A DNA stretch of 64,000 nucleotides from Glycera tridactyla (GCA_965644265.1 OZ286474.1:58962001-59026000); one strand, 5' to 3'. Shown: positions 25,001 through 39,944, numbered from the stretch's first letter. Notes: generated by a model not told the origin, from the sequence alone. Program-made: numbers and translations.

Positions 25001-27089
25001 ATGTCTGTCTGCCCACCTGCCTGCCGCTCTCCATCTGGTATTTGCTTACTGGTCTCTTACTACATCTGAGTAGGGGTCTGCACACCATCGTGGAATATCT
25101 GTTCAGTTCAAACAATAGATCATCAAGGATGGGACTCGATTATCCAATGAGCCTTTTTCGGAAGATCAGCGACAAACATGATTATCTAGCCAATCGAAGG
25201 AATTGCCTGGCCTGGTATTTGAATGTTCAGGCTTGAGTGTCAGAATCCAGCCAGTTACATACTTAAAATTACCATTAATAGGTCTGATAGGTTTATGTCG
25301 AGTAGGTAACGGTGTGAACTCTCGGCTACTTCCACGTGACAACCTTTCAGGCTCCCTCATTATCTTGTGTTAAGGGTTTGTATAAGTGATGCCTGAAGGG
25401 GCATACCATCTAGCAATCATTGCCAAGAAACACACGGGATACATGCTCGTCTTGGTTGACCCATGCAGTCAAACAATCAATCATTAGATCAAGCTCATCT
25501 GTTCCACCAGTTCAGGTGTTTTCGTCATGCATGAGGAATGTATTTGATGACTAGTGTTCTCCAATGGACAAATCCTGTGCCATGGCACAATCTCAATTAC
25601 CAGATACACTCGCAGTTGCTTGTGAACCAGTACATGCGATGACACCACTTTCATTAGTAAATTTCTATCTTGTGATCCATGGACATGTGCTTGGCAGACG
25701 AACTCCGTGCCATGGCACAAGCTTAGTTATCATTCTGTCAATTGTGCGCAAATCCGAGAGAAGCTTTGAAAGGACATCTTTTGCTTCGGTACTAATTATT
25801 TGTATACCCAAAACAAGCTCCTGGCCCGCTAAGCTTAATAAAAATGCTGTCAGTCATCTGTAAACTGTAGACAGATCAATTTTGGGCCACAGCACAACCT
25901 TATTCCATATGCTGTCAGCTTGTTTGGTGAATTCCAGACAGATTTTACAATGACTGACTTCATGCCATGGCAGTGATATACTCTCGATCATCAGGAAACT
26001 CTCGATAGACGTTTGACTTCATATCCTTGCGAAAGGTAATGATTTCAAATTTTGCTGACATACACGAAAAAAGTCTCATCTGAATATTATGTCCCAACAT
26101 AGATAATCCATTCTGTTCAGAGCCCCAGTAACTGGAAAAGCATTAAACAGGCCTGACCAAGGAAAATCATTTTGAAACCAGGTCAACTTGACAGGAATAC
26201 TGAAGTGTAAGGCAGTAAGTTCATCCCATTTCGTGAGAATACATACCGATATATGAGCTAGGTCCTCTATCCAGAACATGGCTCATACAAACCTCCAAAA
26301 ATACTAACCCAACCAGTATAAAACCTCTCTTATCTTCATGCCAGGCTTACCTGAAAGGATACATGACGAGAGGATGATAGATATAAAGATGGATGTCATT
26401 TATATTTCTATACGTTTGACAGGTCAACAAAGACTAAGCCTTCTGAGTGATGTTGCTCTTGTCAAAATGCGAGTCCCCTGCAAGTGGGAGTCGCCAGACA
26501 CATTAACCCATACATCATCCAATCCCACCATAGCCACATTGGAATTTAAGCGAATCATAGAATTCTTTGAGTCGCTATCAGCCTATTCCTCAACCAGCCC
26601 CACTTAATCTTCATCAGACACATGTAAATTGTACCCATGCCAATTCTTTTCAGATATTTTATAATGAATATGGATGAAAGCATACACCCAGATCTGAGTT
26701 GGTATCCTGTATTGCAAGGGTCACACTAGCATGTGCGTTGTAATTGGCATGTTAGTGATATAAATACATATGATGCATATGTAAATGCTGCTAAGTATAA
26801 CTAAATATGTATCATTTGACATTTAAAGTTCTCTATCATGTGTTAACTGTTCTGTCGGGCGTGCAGCAAGAGAAGGATTGTTGTGGACAGACAGCTGCAC
26901 GGACACGGATAATTTGGCCACAAATCGTGCCGGTTGCCACCAGTGATGTGATGAAAAAACAGACTGGATGAGAAGAGTCTGATATGCAGTGCACACCAGC
27001 TGAGATGAAAAAGACTGAATGAGAAATGTCTGATAGGCACTGCGAACTGGCTGAGTCATTTGATGGATAGGTTTGGACCAATATATAGA

Positions 27090-27365
27090 TATCATCATCG
27101 TCATCGTCGTTGTCATTGCCATGGTCGTACTCACGGTCATGTTCATGATCATGGTTAGGGCGCATCCATGGTCGTGGTCATGGTCATGGCCATGATCAGG
27201 GTTAACGCAATCATCTTAGTCGTCGTCGTCGTCGTCGTCGTCAGGATCACCGTCACTGTCACCTTCACTGTCACCATCACCGTCATTGTAGTAGTTATTG
27301 TCATGGTCATGGTCATTGTCAACGTTATCGTCGTCGCCGTCGCCATCCGGTACCGCCCTCGCCGT
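27090..27365. repeat. Degenerate (GTC/ATC/ACC)n microsatellite
   Basis: Seen directly; source of the poly-Thr/Val ORFs. Confidence 0.9.
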
Positions 27366-29005
27366 CGTGCATCTTGCCAAGTAGCAGCAGCCTCCTCCAA
27401 TGTATTGAGAGAGTAATGATATGAGGTAACACTATAGAAGCTCACTGACATCGTCGCACACCGAGTTTCCAGTCAGGAGTCATCCACACCCAATGGGCAG
27501 GTCGGCTAAGCCTGATGGCGAAGGTCAAGATGGCACTTCACGCAACGAGTCACTCCGCATCTACACTCAACCACATTGTTATGTAAAATCGCGCGGCGCT
27601 CCCACTCGTATGGGTGACGCGGTGAGATAGACTTGACAATGCAACACTGAACCTGTACCCGTTCACAGATAACGAGACATGTGCTATTCCTACAGGATTG
27701 CCGTCGTTCAAAATTGGCTGGGCAGACGCCTCAGCTTCATTTCTACCATCAAGGTCTGAGTATGTACTCGATCATTGACAATGAGGCCAATTATAGATTG
27801 CTTTGTTCATGGGCTACACCTCTGCCCTGACCTGTATATTCCTCGGCAAGGCACAAATGATCAGGGCTTGAAAGGGATGTATATTCATAATTAGATTGAG
27901 TTCCAGTGCATATCAAAATCAAAACCACATGTTGTCTGGGTGAACAGTTCGAATCATGCTACTGGAGAGTTCTTAGAAAACGTCTCATTCTAAGCTGGCA
28001 ATTCTGGACTCAGGGTTCTTGAAAAAGCACTATGGCAAGTTGGAAACAACCTGGCTAACGTAGGGAGCATAGCCAATAGATGACCGGTGTATGGTAGGAC
28101 ATGCAAATCTTCTTGTTCCGATCCGTGAATCGATATATTCCTGAGGATACAGCTATCGACAAAGCCCAAGTTGGAGTTAAGTGAGGGTTAGCAGACCGGC
28201 AGAACCTTATATATTCCAAGAGATGAATCATGTACCCCCTTCCCTCCATTGCCAGAACTGTATGCTCAATAATGACTAGACATAAGCAAATATGAATTGG
28301 ATTCCCTTCGAATCACTATATTTTATCCATTCATTCAGACCATTGATCTCCATATCAAACCTATTCCCTGCATGAAGCAGAAAGCCATCTGAAACTTTCT
28401 GGATGCTGGGGTAGCCATAATTCATGATCAATTATGTTTTACACTAAGGTGTGTTCGCCAAAATAATTCTGTGAGTGATGAAGCCGCACATATATTGGAT
28501 TCAATTCGATGCCGGTCATTTTTGATATTGAAGAAAATCCGGCTAGACCTAGAGACTGATTGGTTTGCACAAAGCAGGATTGACCTCGGCGAGAGTGTAT
28601 TGGTCTCCACACATCCTCATTCAAGAGTGAATGATTTCACAAGGCCCAGATTATTCCAAATATGCATCTGATTGCCGACATTTTCGATAAGAACCTTCTC
28701 CAAGACAATGTCATTTCGAGGATGATGGACATCATTTGGATTCTGTGGTCAATATTGCCACATCTATGTGTATTTTAGCAGTATTCTGGTCCCTTAAAAT
28801 TTTGATCAGTTGAGTGACATCAGTCCTGTGCCAAAGCTGCATCCTATGCCAAAGTTGCATCAGCCGTACAGCATTGCTTGTTCTTGGTCATGTTCCTGTC
28901 TTCTGATAGGGACATAGGTCGAGACAGCATGTTCAATCTCGAGTAGCTAATGTGCGCTTCAGACCAAGAAAGGGGCATACTATATCCAGAGACACATTGG
29001 GTATA

Positions 29006-29095
29006 GGTTGATTGTTTGGCTGGTTGGATCTTGTTCAACGTCACGTCTGTACCATGTGTGCTATGTTGCAATGCCCATGCAATGGCAGTGGTGAA
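29006..29095 (-). mobile_element. SINE-like family B, 3' tail fragment
   Basis: (GGTT)-rich tract followed by AACGTCACGTC..TGTGCTAT..GCCCATGCAATGG, shared with five further copies between 39 and 46.5 kb. Confidence 0.5.
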
Positions 29096-29417
29096 TATTT
29101 GAAGATTTGAAGCAACAACGAAGATAAAATTGTTGCTATAGATACAGTGTCAGTTGAGAACCGACGACACGACATAGTGTTTTTTCAAACTTGAAATATG
29201 CACTAGAAATATGCAATAGAACTCCAGAGCTTGGGTGTTCCAAGTGTTCAGTGCTAGCGTGTCTGTCAGAAATATGAGGAAATGGGGCAGTGGACCCATA
29301 CTATCAAGAGCAGAATTGGTGTGGATGCCATTCCGGGGTGAACACTCGCTGGAAGTTTCAGTAAGCCACAGTAAGCATATGAGTTGTAGCCGGGAAACAG
29401 CATGTTAGTGTCACTCC

Positions 29418-29851
29418 CAGCTGTTGTCAAGGTTCACCCCAGCACCCTACACCCTGCCTACAGCTACCCCACCTCATCAGCACCCACCCACGCATCTCCA
29501 CATCCCTGGCATACCCCCACCCACCCTTCACTCACCCACCACTCATATACATCCATCCATAACTAACTGTGCGTCAGGCTTGGGCGAATACGTTTCCAGC
29601 CAGGTGGAACGACGGCGCCAAGAGCTTGTTCGCTCAGCTGGAACCAGGCACACGCCCCACCGCAGCGCCCGTCCCTCCCCACACTCCTGGGAGCACGGTG
29701 CTCGCGTGGCCTACCTGCACGGCCCTACTCACAAACACCCTACCAGCTCCCAGATTGGTGCAGGCACGTGGGGCCCTGCGTAGGCTTCATGACTATATAA
29801 GGACGGCACCTCATGTCATGTTACCCTCACTCTTACGAGAGCTTCCACCTG
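29418..29851 (+). promoter_or_regulatory. Candidate proximal promoter of the bHLH gene (TATA box plus E-box cluster)
   Basis: TATATAA at 29794-29800 and Inr-like TCACTCT at 29827-29833. E-boxes CAGCTG 29418 and 29635, CAGGTG 29601, CACGTG 29765, CACCTG 29846. Lies about 350 bp before the ATG. Function is inferred. Confidence 0.4.
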
Positions 29852-30149
29852 TAAACATATCAACGACGTTCACATGCCCTGGAAGTCGGAAGCGAATACT
29901 CAAAGCAGCTCACCAACATTTGTGGACTTTGCAGTTATCAGTATGCTTCTTGGATATTAGATGCGTACTCTCGTCGCACAACATATAGTGAACTGACATT
30001 TACCTTGTATTGCGGATAAAGTAGCTTCCAGTCAGAAGGACTTGGTCTTTAGCTGTGACTTGGAAAACCATCTCTTGCCAACGATAGTTGGTCTTCACGC
30101 CTGAGATAGTTCCTGGGTTTAACAGCGCTGTCTTGACTTCATATTCACC

Positions 30150-30941
30150 ATGAGTGTGACGGGTGACCCAGTGAGTATCACGAATGACTTGGGTCTTTTC
30201 GGCAGTGAGATCCGACGATGCACGCAAGCATATAACTACGATTTCGGCTCCACCGGCAGTCCAACGTCTTCCGAACACAGTGACCTGGATCCAGCATACC
30301 CTCAATCATCCGGCTCACCTGATGCCTGTAATACATTTCAGTACTATCCTAAAGAGATGACATCCGTTTCGCATGCTCCTTCGGCGGTCAATTGCAACCA
30401 GAGTGAAATGGACACTTACTATGGACAGGACTGGATGCATTTGCATGACTTTCAGCAGAACTCCACCAATAATCTGGCAACACAGTCTTATCCAGCATTG
30501 GCGAGTAGTGTCCAGTCTGATTGCCAGTTCACATCCTACCCCAGTAACAATTCCAGTACCTTCAACCTGCAGGCTCCTGGAGTGGCGGCTTTCCAGTATC
30601 AAGCAACACCGATGAAACCGAAACGTAAACGTATCATCACGCCCATACAACGTCGTGCGGCGAACGTTCGCGAACGGAAGAGGATGAGCAGCCTCAACGA
30701 AGCGTTCGACAGCCTCAAAGAACGCATCCCAACGTTTTCCTACGAGAAGAAGCTCTCCCGGTTAGAAACCCTCCGCCTGGCCATCAGTTACATCTCCTTC
30801 ATGTCCGGCGTTGTCATGGACACACCTCTAACACCAACTCTCACGTCTGAAAGTCATGACTCTACTCATCTATCCTTCGACATGTTCTCAAACAGTACAA
30901 GTTCACTCGAAATGGACAGTTGCAGTGATGATTCCAGGTGA
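30150..30941 (+). CDS. Ferd3l: Fer3/Nato3 (PTFb)-like bHLH transcription factor, single exon, 263 aa
   Basis: [61 protein letters not shown] matches the Fer3/Ferd3l bHLH pattern (KRKRVIT..QR.AAN.RER.RM..LNEAFD.L...PTF.YEK.LSR.ETLRLAI.YI.FM). No PTF1a-type C-terminal W motifs. Good start context CACCATGA. Exact orthology versus a Fer3-like paralogue is not resolved. Confidence 0.88.
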   Translation: MSVTGDPVSITNDLGLFGSEIRRCTQAYNYDFGSTGSPTSSEHSDLDPAYPQSSGSPDACNTFQYYPKEMTSVSHAPSAVNCNQSEMDTYYGQDWMHLHDFQQNSTNNLATQSYPALASSVQSDCQFTSYPSNNSSTFNLQAPGVAAFQYQATPMKPKRKRIITPIQRRAANVRERKRMSSLNEAFDSLKERIPTFSYEKKLSRLETLRLAISYISFMSGVVMDTPLTPTLTSESHDSTHLSFDMFSNSTSSLEMDSCSDDSR

Positions 30942-32404
30942 TTAAATGTGTTTTCTCTTTGTTTGTTTTTTGATAATTTATTGTAAATATATATGTTTTC
31001 TACAATTGGTTTCCTGTGAGATGCTGGTCTTGCCCTGGTGCTGTTTTGGAGATGTGTGTCTCCATTTAAGAATGTGGCTACGTATGCAATGTTTATTCAC
31101 GATTTTGACTCATGGTACCTATCGACCGAATATATCTCACTGAAAATAACATGCATTCAATACCTAGCAATTTTCCTGGCACCAAAAGCTTAAGGACATG
31201 ATTAACTCGTACTGATCTTTCATTTAATTAGTCATGGTTGACCTACCCAGGTGAATTAGGAAATTTCCAGTAATATGACATCCCGATGGATGTTTTGCCT
31301 TGTTATCATGTTTATTTGAGTTAGAAACTGGCTGAGAAGTTGAAATATGGTGGTTGTTTGAACCACATCGTGGACACATGCACACATGGTACAATATGTA
31401 CCAAGCGCAAGTCTTCTATACACTTCCACAATTATTGAACTCACCCCCATAGCTTGTGATTGTAGCAGTCTAAGTTGGAGACCGACTCAGGCTTAGTGTC
31501 CTATGTGCTCATGTTGCTTATATGGGTACAGAACAATATGTTATAGACACGGATTCTTCTGTAGCACAGGCACTACAAAGAACGCAGAGCAGGAGAGTGC
31601 GGACCATATCGACGCCATTATTGTGAAAATATGGCAAGCTCGACCCGACCCACTTTTAGATTCATAGCAACACATAACAACTGATTATGACGTCACATAA
31701 AAGAATTTTCACGAAGGCACCTTGCCTATTTGGGCAATATTGCGCAGCCCGGGTGGAAGAGACTTTAAGCATTACACGATAAATCAGACAGATTTTATAT
31801 GTTTTATTGTTGGACGGTGGGTTGGTTGATTGGTTGATTGGTTGGTTACGTCTCGTTACCATTGTATGAGCATATTGGCATAGCTCGGATGAACCAACCG
31901 ACCAACTAACAAACTAAATAACTAGCGAACCTACAATATATTCGTTTTTGAATATTGAGAGGAAGTATACCAAAAATGACATGGGACAGTTATTCTAGTC
32001 GATATTCGCAGATTGTTGGGATAAATTGCAAAATGTTATACATGTATGCAAACAGTCATTCCGCATTGTCTGACTTGGTTGTCACTCAAATTCCGATGGT
32101 AAACAATTCACCCTGATTTCTACCCTCCCGCATTGAACCATAATGCATAAGTTCTGGAGTGCATCTCACAAAACCTGAGTACTAATGTCAATTTGGGTGG
32201 CACGTATACTTTTTGGATCTGGTCTTGAGTGTTGCTCCAATTGCCTGAACTGATTATTTCTCAAGCTTTCATGACAAAGTCTCAAGTACAGATGTCAAGT
32301 CCAACTATTTTGGATTTTTTTCAAACTAATCAGGTTTTGATAAATGACTTCACCGATGCAGGTACATTGATATGAAGACCTCATTTGCAGTCCCATAGAT
32401 GCTA

Positions 32405-32540
32405 GGGACCCGTTTCACAAAATGATGTGATCGCACTAAAAATTCATGTAGGCTCTCTTAATAAATACTCATGGTTTTCTGAGAATACGATAGCATCCAC
32501 GGCAATCACAAGATGATCTCTACTTCAGTGAAATTGGCCC
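32405..32540. mobile_element. Possible small MITE with imperfect TIRs
   Basis: GGGACCCGTTTCACAAAA at the left end versus CTTCAGTGAAATTGGCCC at the right end (imperfect inverted match). Single copy in the window. Confidence 0.3.
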
Positions 32541-35500
32541 TTGCCTACCTGGTCATCAGTATTCGAACCTGTGACCCGTAGGTCACTGGGGTCGAGATCG
32601 TATCCCGCAAATGTCAAGTCAGTATGCAAATCACCCTCGTCGCCTTTTCCTCCATTTCTGGTAGGGCGCGTTATGGACCCCGCCCACTTCAATACCCCCA
32701 GGTTGGCGTAATTATACGCTACAGGTCTGAGGTAATGATTTTATGGCTGGCACGCATTCTTAACCACGAGAAAATGTTATCAACTCAATAGTTTCTGCAA
32801 GCACCGTTATTCAAATATTATGTGTCACCCATCTTATTATAACCGAGTGCGCGGTGCAGGGAGGGGAGCTCTCTTCCCAACAGTACTTGAATGTATGTTG
32901 TATTATAATATATGGCACATACACGATGTTTTTCGTCTTGTACTTCATCTTATATCATGATGTGTATGGAGATGCCACGGCTGTAATTGGACGTCTATTT
33001 ATTTCACATGTTTGTGTATATGTCGGTTTATGAAATGGGTGGCAAACCAGAAAGAGTAACGGCTCTTTGGAGTCCATTCAAGTCGGGAGTTGGTGACGCA
33101 GAGCAAAATCCTACTGTGGACATTTATAGCAATTGGTTAGAACCATGGTTTGTACTCTATGAATCCTGACTCATAGGATAGGCTTGTATTTGTGATATCG
33201 GTGTTTTGGTTGGATTAAACCTGCTGGACTGATGTACAATGTGATTCGATTACCAAAGAAGAGCTCCTAGCTCTGAAAGATACACATACTAGTAGCAATA
33301 ACTGATCAATTGCTTAGGGATCAATGCCACATATCCCACAATGGGTTTATGTAAACGGTATGTTACAGACCGAATGGAGATAGATACACTGCCCCCTTCA
33401 AGCATACATTTCATGGATTCTCAACATTTAAGAATAATCTTATTACGTATTCCCCGACCCTAACAAATTTTCTTGTTTGACGTACTGTACTTCGTGAAAC
33501 TCATTGCTTTGGACTCGAGTGTTAGTCTCGAACTGGGCACATAGCCATGACATCAGATGGTTCAGTTGTATTATTGTATATAGCTGAGCTGTGTCTGATT
33601 GACAGCTTATTCCACGCTCCAAACATTCTAACCCTTATCATCTACGCATTCGAGATTTCTGAGAGTGGTGCCAAGAGGGGACATTATCATCCAACTATTC
33701 ATATATACATACATGATCCTTTTGATGGGTATATGACATCAAACTCATTTGTAGAATTGATTAGAATGAAGCAGATCATTCAGAATGCCTATGATATCAT
33801 GAGCATTAGGAGAAAGATTCGAAGGCCAAGTCAGAAAGATGAACTGACATCACCTTCTGGAAGAGCGGGAAGCATACACTTCTTAGTTGTATGGCTGGTT
33901 TTGTCATATCAAGGTGCATGTCAACGTTCATTAGCAACCTCCGAGGAGTGACCATACATCTTAACTGAACAATGAGACCAGCTGGTTTTGATAAATGTTA
34001 AGCCAAACTCCATACATCCATGTCACGCGAGTATACACTGCATTCAGCTGTGTTTCATGTGTAATGACCATTTTTCCCCACAACCCCAACTAGGATGGTA
34101 TGAGTACTGCCCATCTGGCGGTTGCTGAGTCAGTTTGTGAGAGTATTTATGTATGTGTTGCGTTTGAATGTGATCTTGAAATAACCTGGGAAAACTGGAT
34201 GATCATGAGGACGAGACACCTTCTTGGATGGATGAACATATACAGAGATGGGGATGTTCTGTGTTCATACTCCCTTCAAGGAAAGCAATCAGCCCTAGTC
34301 TGAAATGTTCAAGCTTTCGCATTGATCATCGATCCTGGAGTCGTCTATTTCACTTCAAGGATGAAATACAACATTAATTTCATATTGTGACGACTAGTGA
34401 TATGAGAAATGAATGGGAATATATCCCTCATATAGTCATGGGTGCAACCGTGGTCTCACGCTACCACAAATTGACTGCATGGCGTGGGGGTTACTTTCAC
34501 TGGGTGGAAAGCTCATGACCACAGCTCAGAAATAATGTATAGTGAGCTTCACTCACCCACGTGCAAATATCTAACACAGAGCTGCCCCAATACAAATCTA
34601 TGAGATCAATATCAGTCGTGATATATTGACAAGAGTGGCCAATCGTCTCGCTGAAATAAGTTCAAACCGTGTCATTATTTATTCCGTATTTATTTGCATT
34701 AGCTGTAAAACATATTGCATATGTAAATCAATTGGAGACTCAACTGCAATGATATATTCTCAAGGTTGAAATCAAAGTCAAATTACTCGCAGCCTTCAAC
34801 GTAGCATTATGACGTAATGATCAATCATTGAGTAACCATATATGCCTATATATGTATCTATTTGCATATATCGGCATATATGATATATAAATGTTGAACG
34901 TGGGTTGTGCACACAATGCAATATATGTACCCTCTGGATGGGAAAGTTGTATTTCAAATCAATGGGTATGTCCAGCTTTATCGCGCACTTTAGTCAAGAT
35001 ACTTTGTATCTCCTGGGATATAAATTCCCAACCTGGTCGACTCATGTATGTACTTTTATATCTGCGACTAGTCTAATATGCCCGTGAGTAAATGTAAGTT
35101 ATTCATATTTGATGTGCAATACAGACACCCTTTCACACTTTTGTATATATTGCTTATTTTTTGTACCATCAGTGATTTGTAAATAAATGATTGAAATGAA
35201 TACATACATAGTGTCATCTTTCTTCATTCCCACTTTATACATGTTTTAACCAGCCATGAACTTTCCGGCTGAATCTAGGATGACANNNNNNNNNNNNNNN
35301 NNNNNNNNNNNNNNNNNNNNNNNNNNNNNNNNNNNNNNNNNNNNNNNNNNNNNNNNNNNNNNNNNNNNNNNNNNNNNNNNNNNNNNNNNNNNNNNNNNNN
35401 NNNNNNNNNNNNNNNNNNNNNNNNNNNNNNNNNNNNNACCAACCACCACCACCAGCGCCATCACCACCCTCATCTTCACTATCATTACCAACATCACAAC

Positions 35501-38500
35501 CACTACAACTACAACCACGATCCCCTATATCAGGATCATCAAGGCCACCGTCAGCACCACCATGACCACCACAAACAACATTGAAAAACATTAACATTGG
35601 CAACAATACTACCACCACCGCAAACACCACCAACACCACTCCTGTCATCACCAGAGCAGCAANNNNNNNNNNNNNNNNNNNNNNNNNNNNNNNNNNNNNN
35701 NNNNNNNNNNNNNNNNNNNNNNNNNNNNNNNNNNNNNNNNNNNNNNNNNNNNNNNNNNNNNNNNNNNNNNNNNNNNNNNNNNNNNNNNNNNNNNNNNNNN
35801 NNNNNNNNNNNNNNNNNNNNNNNNNNNNNNNNNNNNNNNNNNNNNNNNNNNNNNNNNNNNNNNNNNNNNNNNNNNNNNNNNNNNNNNNNNNNNNNNNNNN
35901 NNNNTCACCATCCGAAATACGTGAATTGTATTTACAATACTGGCATAATTACCATTGCATGAATGTGAATACATCTATCAAAGGTACAGCTGTGTGGCCA
36001 GCGAGAAGTTAACACCTAAGCCGGATAGCAATGCTTTCATTTCAAGCACAGCGTATCACATGAAGCAAGGGAACATATCATGTTTAGATGCTGCATACCA
36101 AAACGAATGAAGCAGTACATGTTCACCGTGGTTTTCATGTGGCAATAATTCACCGTCCTCCTCTCCTGTACATGAATCTATCAAAACATATTCGTATATT
36201 GGATATATACGTTATTTCACCTAGTAACCTTCAGAAACGCCATCTGACGTTTTGGCCCCACTAACTCAAACAACCATACCATCAATTGGTGGGGCATATG
36301 ATATGAAATAGGAACGATTGCTCCCACACACATATATGAAATGTGGCACTAGAGATTTTCAAGCTTTCTTCTCAAAGGAAAGAGATTAATCTTTCTGTAA
36401 ATCACTGAGATGCCCATGCGATGTACGAGGGTGAGCTCATCCTAATATCATTTTAGGGTAAAGTGACTGTGATCTTCATATCAGTTCAACTTCTAATTGG
36501 GAACCAAAGTGTGTGTGTGGGGGGGGGGGGCACCTGAATGACCCCATCCATGCATGGACGTCTGAATACAGCACTGCTCGTGCCAATGAGATGCCAAACC
36601 TGCAGCCATGCGCATTGGTCTCCGATGAGAGGGGAGTATTTATGAAATTCACAGACCGATGAACAGTCATTGGCTCCTCTTTGACATCTGTGCATGAAAA
36701 AGTCATCTCTCAATTGTATCATTGCTTTATTTCATCACCGACATGAGTTTATCAAATCCTTCTGGAAAGAATACACGAGAACTGAGCAAAACCACTACAT
36801 ATATTCGAGTTATCTGGCATTGGTCTATTTACTGCGGATCCCGACACAGGTGTCATGGGGTAATAAAGAGTGCTATATGTGTGCCACACATACAAATGTG
36901 GAAACTTCACCAATATCCGAACGTGTCACTGAATCGAGCGCTGTCATCGCCACTATATCAGATGAATGTTACTGCAGCTGGAGCAAAACAATTATAGGTA
37001 TATCGAGTTACAGGCAAATGAGGGAGGATGACATCCAAATAAGTTTATGAGTCTGTCCGCTGTGGAAAGAATTAGAGTATAAACGAGGGGGGTAGGTCGC
37101 GCGAAACAGGTTGATTAATTGAGCACTCAGTCCAACAAAGTTCATGGTTGAAGCATCCAGAGTGATCCAAATTTGCAACATCAGAACCTTACAGGGACGA
37201 CAAGGCATTTGAAGGTCAGTCATTGTCTCAACACCTATAATGAGGCCTCTTCATCATCGTGATCCACAGGGATGTCTATATCTACCCTGCAAGCCCCAGG
37301 TTCTCAAACACTGAATGCAAGATGTGATGGGGTACCGAAAACGTTGTCAGGTGGGAATTTCTGGCAGACCCACACCCCTACCTACACACCAAAGGACATA
37401 ATTGGGTCCATGTGCGGCTTTTATTCGCGTGCAAGTGACTGGAGGCTGACCTCCGAAAGCTCATCTTCAATATCTAGTGAACCTGGCAATCAATCAAAAT
37501 GCGATGCTTGCAGAATGATGCCATTGCACCTGGAAGCAATGTTTGTTGTAAGGTACAAGACCATGATGTTGCTCACTTTTTGGGGATGGGAAGGGATAAT
37601 TCGAAACCTCTCTTATTAGGTTCATCACGGATGGGAAATGATATGACATACATAGCATACATCGGAGGTATCACACTAGACCACGCAAACAAATTGACGT
37701 CTTCAGGGTGGTCCATGCCGTTAGCATTGTTGACGTTCACTGACCTAGTCGAGGTACGAACTGGGCCAGTTCATGCAATTCACAAGCATGGTTCAAACAG
37801 GTCTTGCACTCGGGGCACTCATCAGCGACATGTGTGACTCCGTTGTATACAGTCATCAAGAATGAAAAGCTACATTCATAGTTCATATTCGGAAGCTATT
37901 GAGCGGAATAATCCCAAGATTTCATATTAGATACGGCGTGTCTGAAATTCACACAGTTAGACCTTCACCTGGCCTATAATAGTTTAATTAATTTGGATGA
38001 TTGTGTTAGTTTTGTGCAACAATTTCATTGAAAACCTGTGTATGCTCCGATCGTAATTTTATGATATGACTACTGAAGGCTGAGTATCATACAAATAAGG
38101 ATAATTCATACTGTGGATGACGAAACGTGTTCTGGGTTATTAAAGGCCACATTACTTCCACAACAGATGTGAATTTCCTACTTTCATAGTGGACTCAAAT
38201 CAACCAAGATTTCAGAGACAAAATGGTGTCGTATCATCACAGGGCAGCACACTAGTGGACAGTGTCTTGTATGTCCTCTTATAGTTCATGTGTTGCTAAG
38301 ATTAGTTCACATCAATGACTATTATCCATCATAAGTCTTCTATGTATGATGAATATGGAGGACATTCTCCCGCTAGACGTTTCAGATGGATCCGAGACTG
38401 TTACAATTCATTCATGGTGAAATTCCAGGTAGTAGTTTTACTGTTTGAACATTCGATTATGAATGCATCGACAGATTCAGATTGCATACAATCATAAACA

Positions 38501-39061
38501 GAACATAAATGCCAGGAATAATTAAGTAGAATAAGCATTAATATCGTAACAGAGCATTTGTAATATTCTAAGGTAGATATATGGCAAACATGAAGTGCTA
38601 AGGTAGATATATAAGAACATAATACCCAAAGTACAAGCGGTAATATATTTATAAATTAAAAAGTGTATTGGACAAATATTTTCCAGTCGAGAAATTGGGG
38701 AATAAAGCGCAATATCAATATGCACCTGTATCTTTGGATACCAATACAGAACACTCAAATGGAATTTCATCAGAGACAGAAGGATAGTTGTGTCACACTC
38801 CAAGCACGTGTCCATGGGATATAAGCTTGTGATATGACATGTGTACTAATGCATGACAACGGGGACCTATTTCATTGAAAAGAGAATACACTCAAATTGG
38901 CGTAGGTGCACTCAATCATCGCTGTGATTGAAGGTACCCCCTCCATTATGAGTGAACCCACGCACTAAATAAAACAGGCCCCTATTTATCTTTACTGATT
39001 GGTATAAGAATAAAATGCATAGACATGAAATGAGAGATTATCATTGAGCATCAGTCAGTGC

Positions 39062-39175
39062 TGGTTTGGTCTGGTTTGTTGGGGGGTTTAACGTCACGTC
39101 AAGAACATGTGTGCTATATTGTGAGGCTCATGCAATGGGCATGGGTGGGGTCTTTCATGAGTCCTCCTTCTGGAA
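39062..39175 (-). mobile_element. SINE-like family B, 3' tail fragment
   Basis: GGTTTGTTGGGGGGTTTAACGTCACGTCAA...CATGCAATGGGCATGGGTGG. Homologous fragments at 40499-40644, 40840-40920, 41433-41525 and 46364-46480. Confidence 0.6.
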
Positions 39176-39944
39176 TTCACAGACCCAGTCAATGCTGCTT
39201 GACAACACGAGGCATGGGCATTGTCAACCTACAAAATAGAAAAACAAATGGAAAGATGTAAAAGCTGGAAATGATGGGCGGTCTAATTTTTTTTTGATCT
39301 TAGGGCCATAACAAACTAAGTGTACTAATTTCAAGAATATCTTAGTCATTTCTCTTTATGTTTTTTGGTGTATTGGTACCATACAAGTGTTTCTATCCAA
39401 AGTCAAATGACGCAATTGAATAGATTAATCTGTAAAATCAAGTTGAGACACTACTCACATTTTCGGTGAAATTCTGCAATCCTGTCCAGTCTAAATTTTG
39501 TAAGACTTGCATTTCAGGATTTTACAGGTATTCCTACTAGAGAACCAAACCTCGCCCACACTGATGAAAGTGTCGGGCTCTGGGACGGGACTTCCCACTG
39601 AATATCTGGTGAGGAACACATGTTTTCCTTTGAGACATATGACCACTCTAGCGAAGATCGGATCCATGGGTGGCATGGGAAGCAGGATCACCTTCCCATG
39701 GGATACTCCCTCAGGAGAGAAGAATCGGCAGTATCATATGGGACATACATGATGCATGGCCCCTTCATCGCATGTGATGACAGCAAGGGCGGGAACTCTT
39801 GCTGTGGTCTTATCTTGTGAAATAACTTGAGATGGGCCCATTAACCAGTCTCACAGTCTGTAACGAGTACAACTAATACACCTGGTGGATGGGCACATTA
39901 CGCCGTTAATATAGTCACAATCTGTGACCTCGTGACTTGAAGTA

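Noticed and set aside
29424-29988. ORFs upstream of the bHLH gene as extra exons or a separate gene
   Set aside because: C-rich low-complexity translation with no domain and no convincing splice path; better read as promoter or 5' region.
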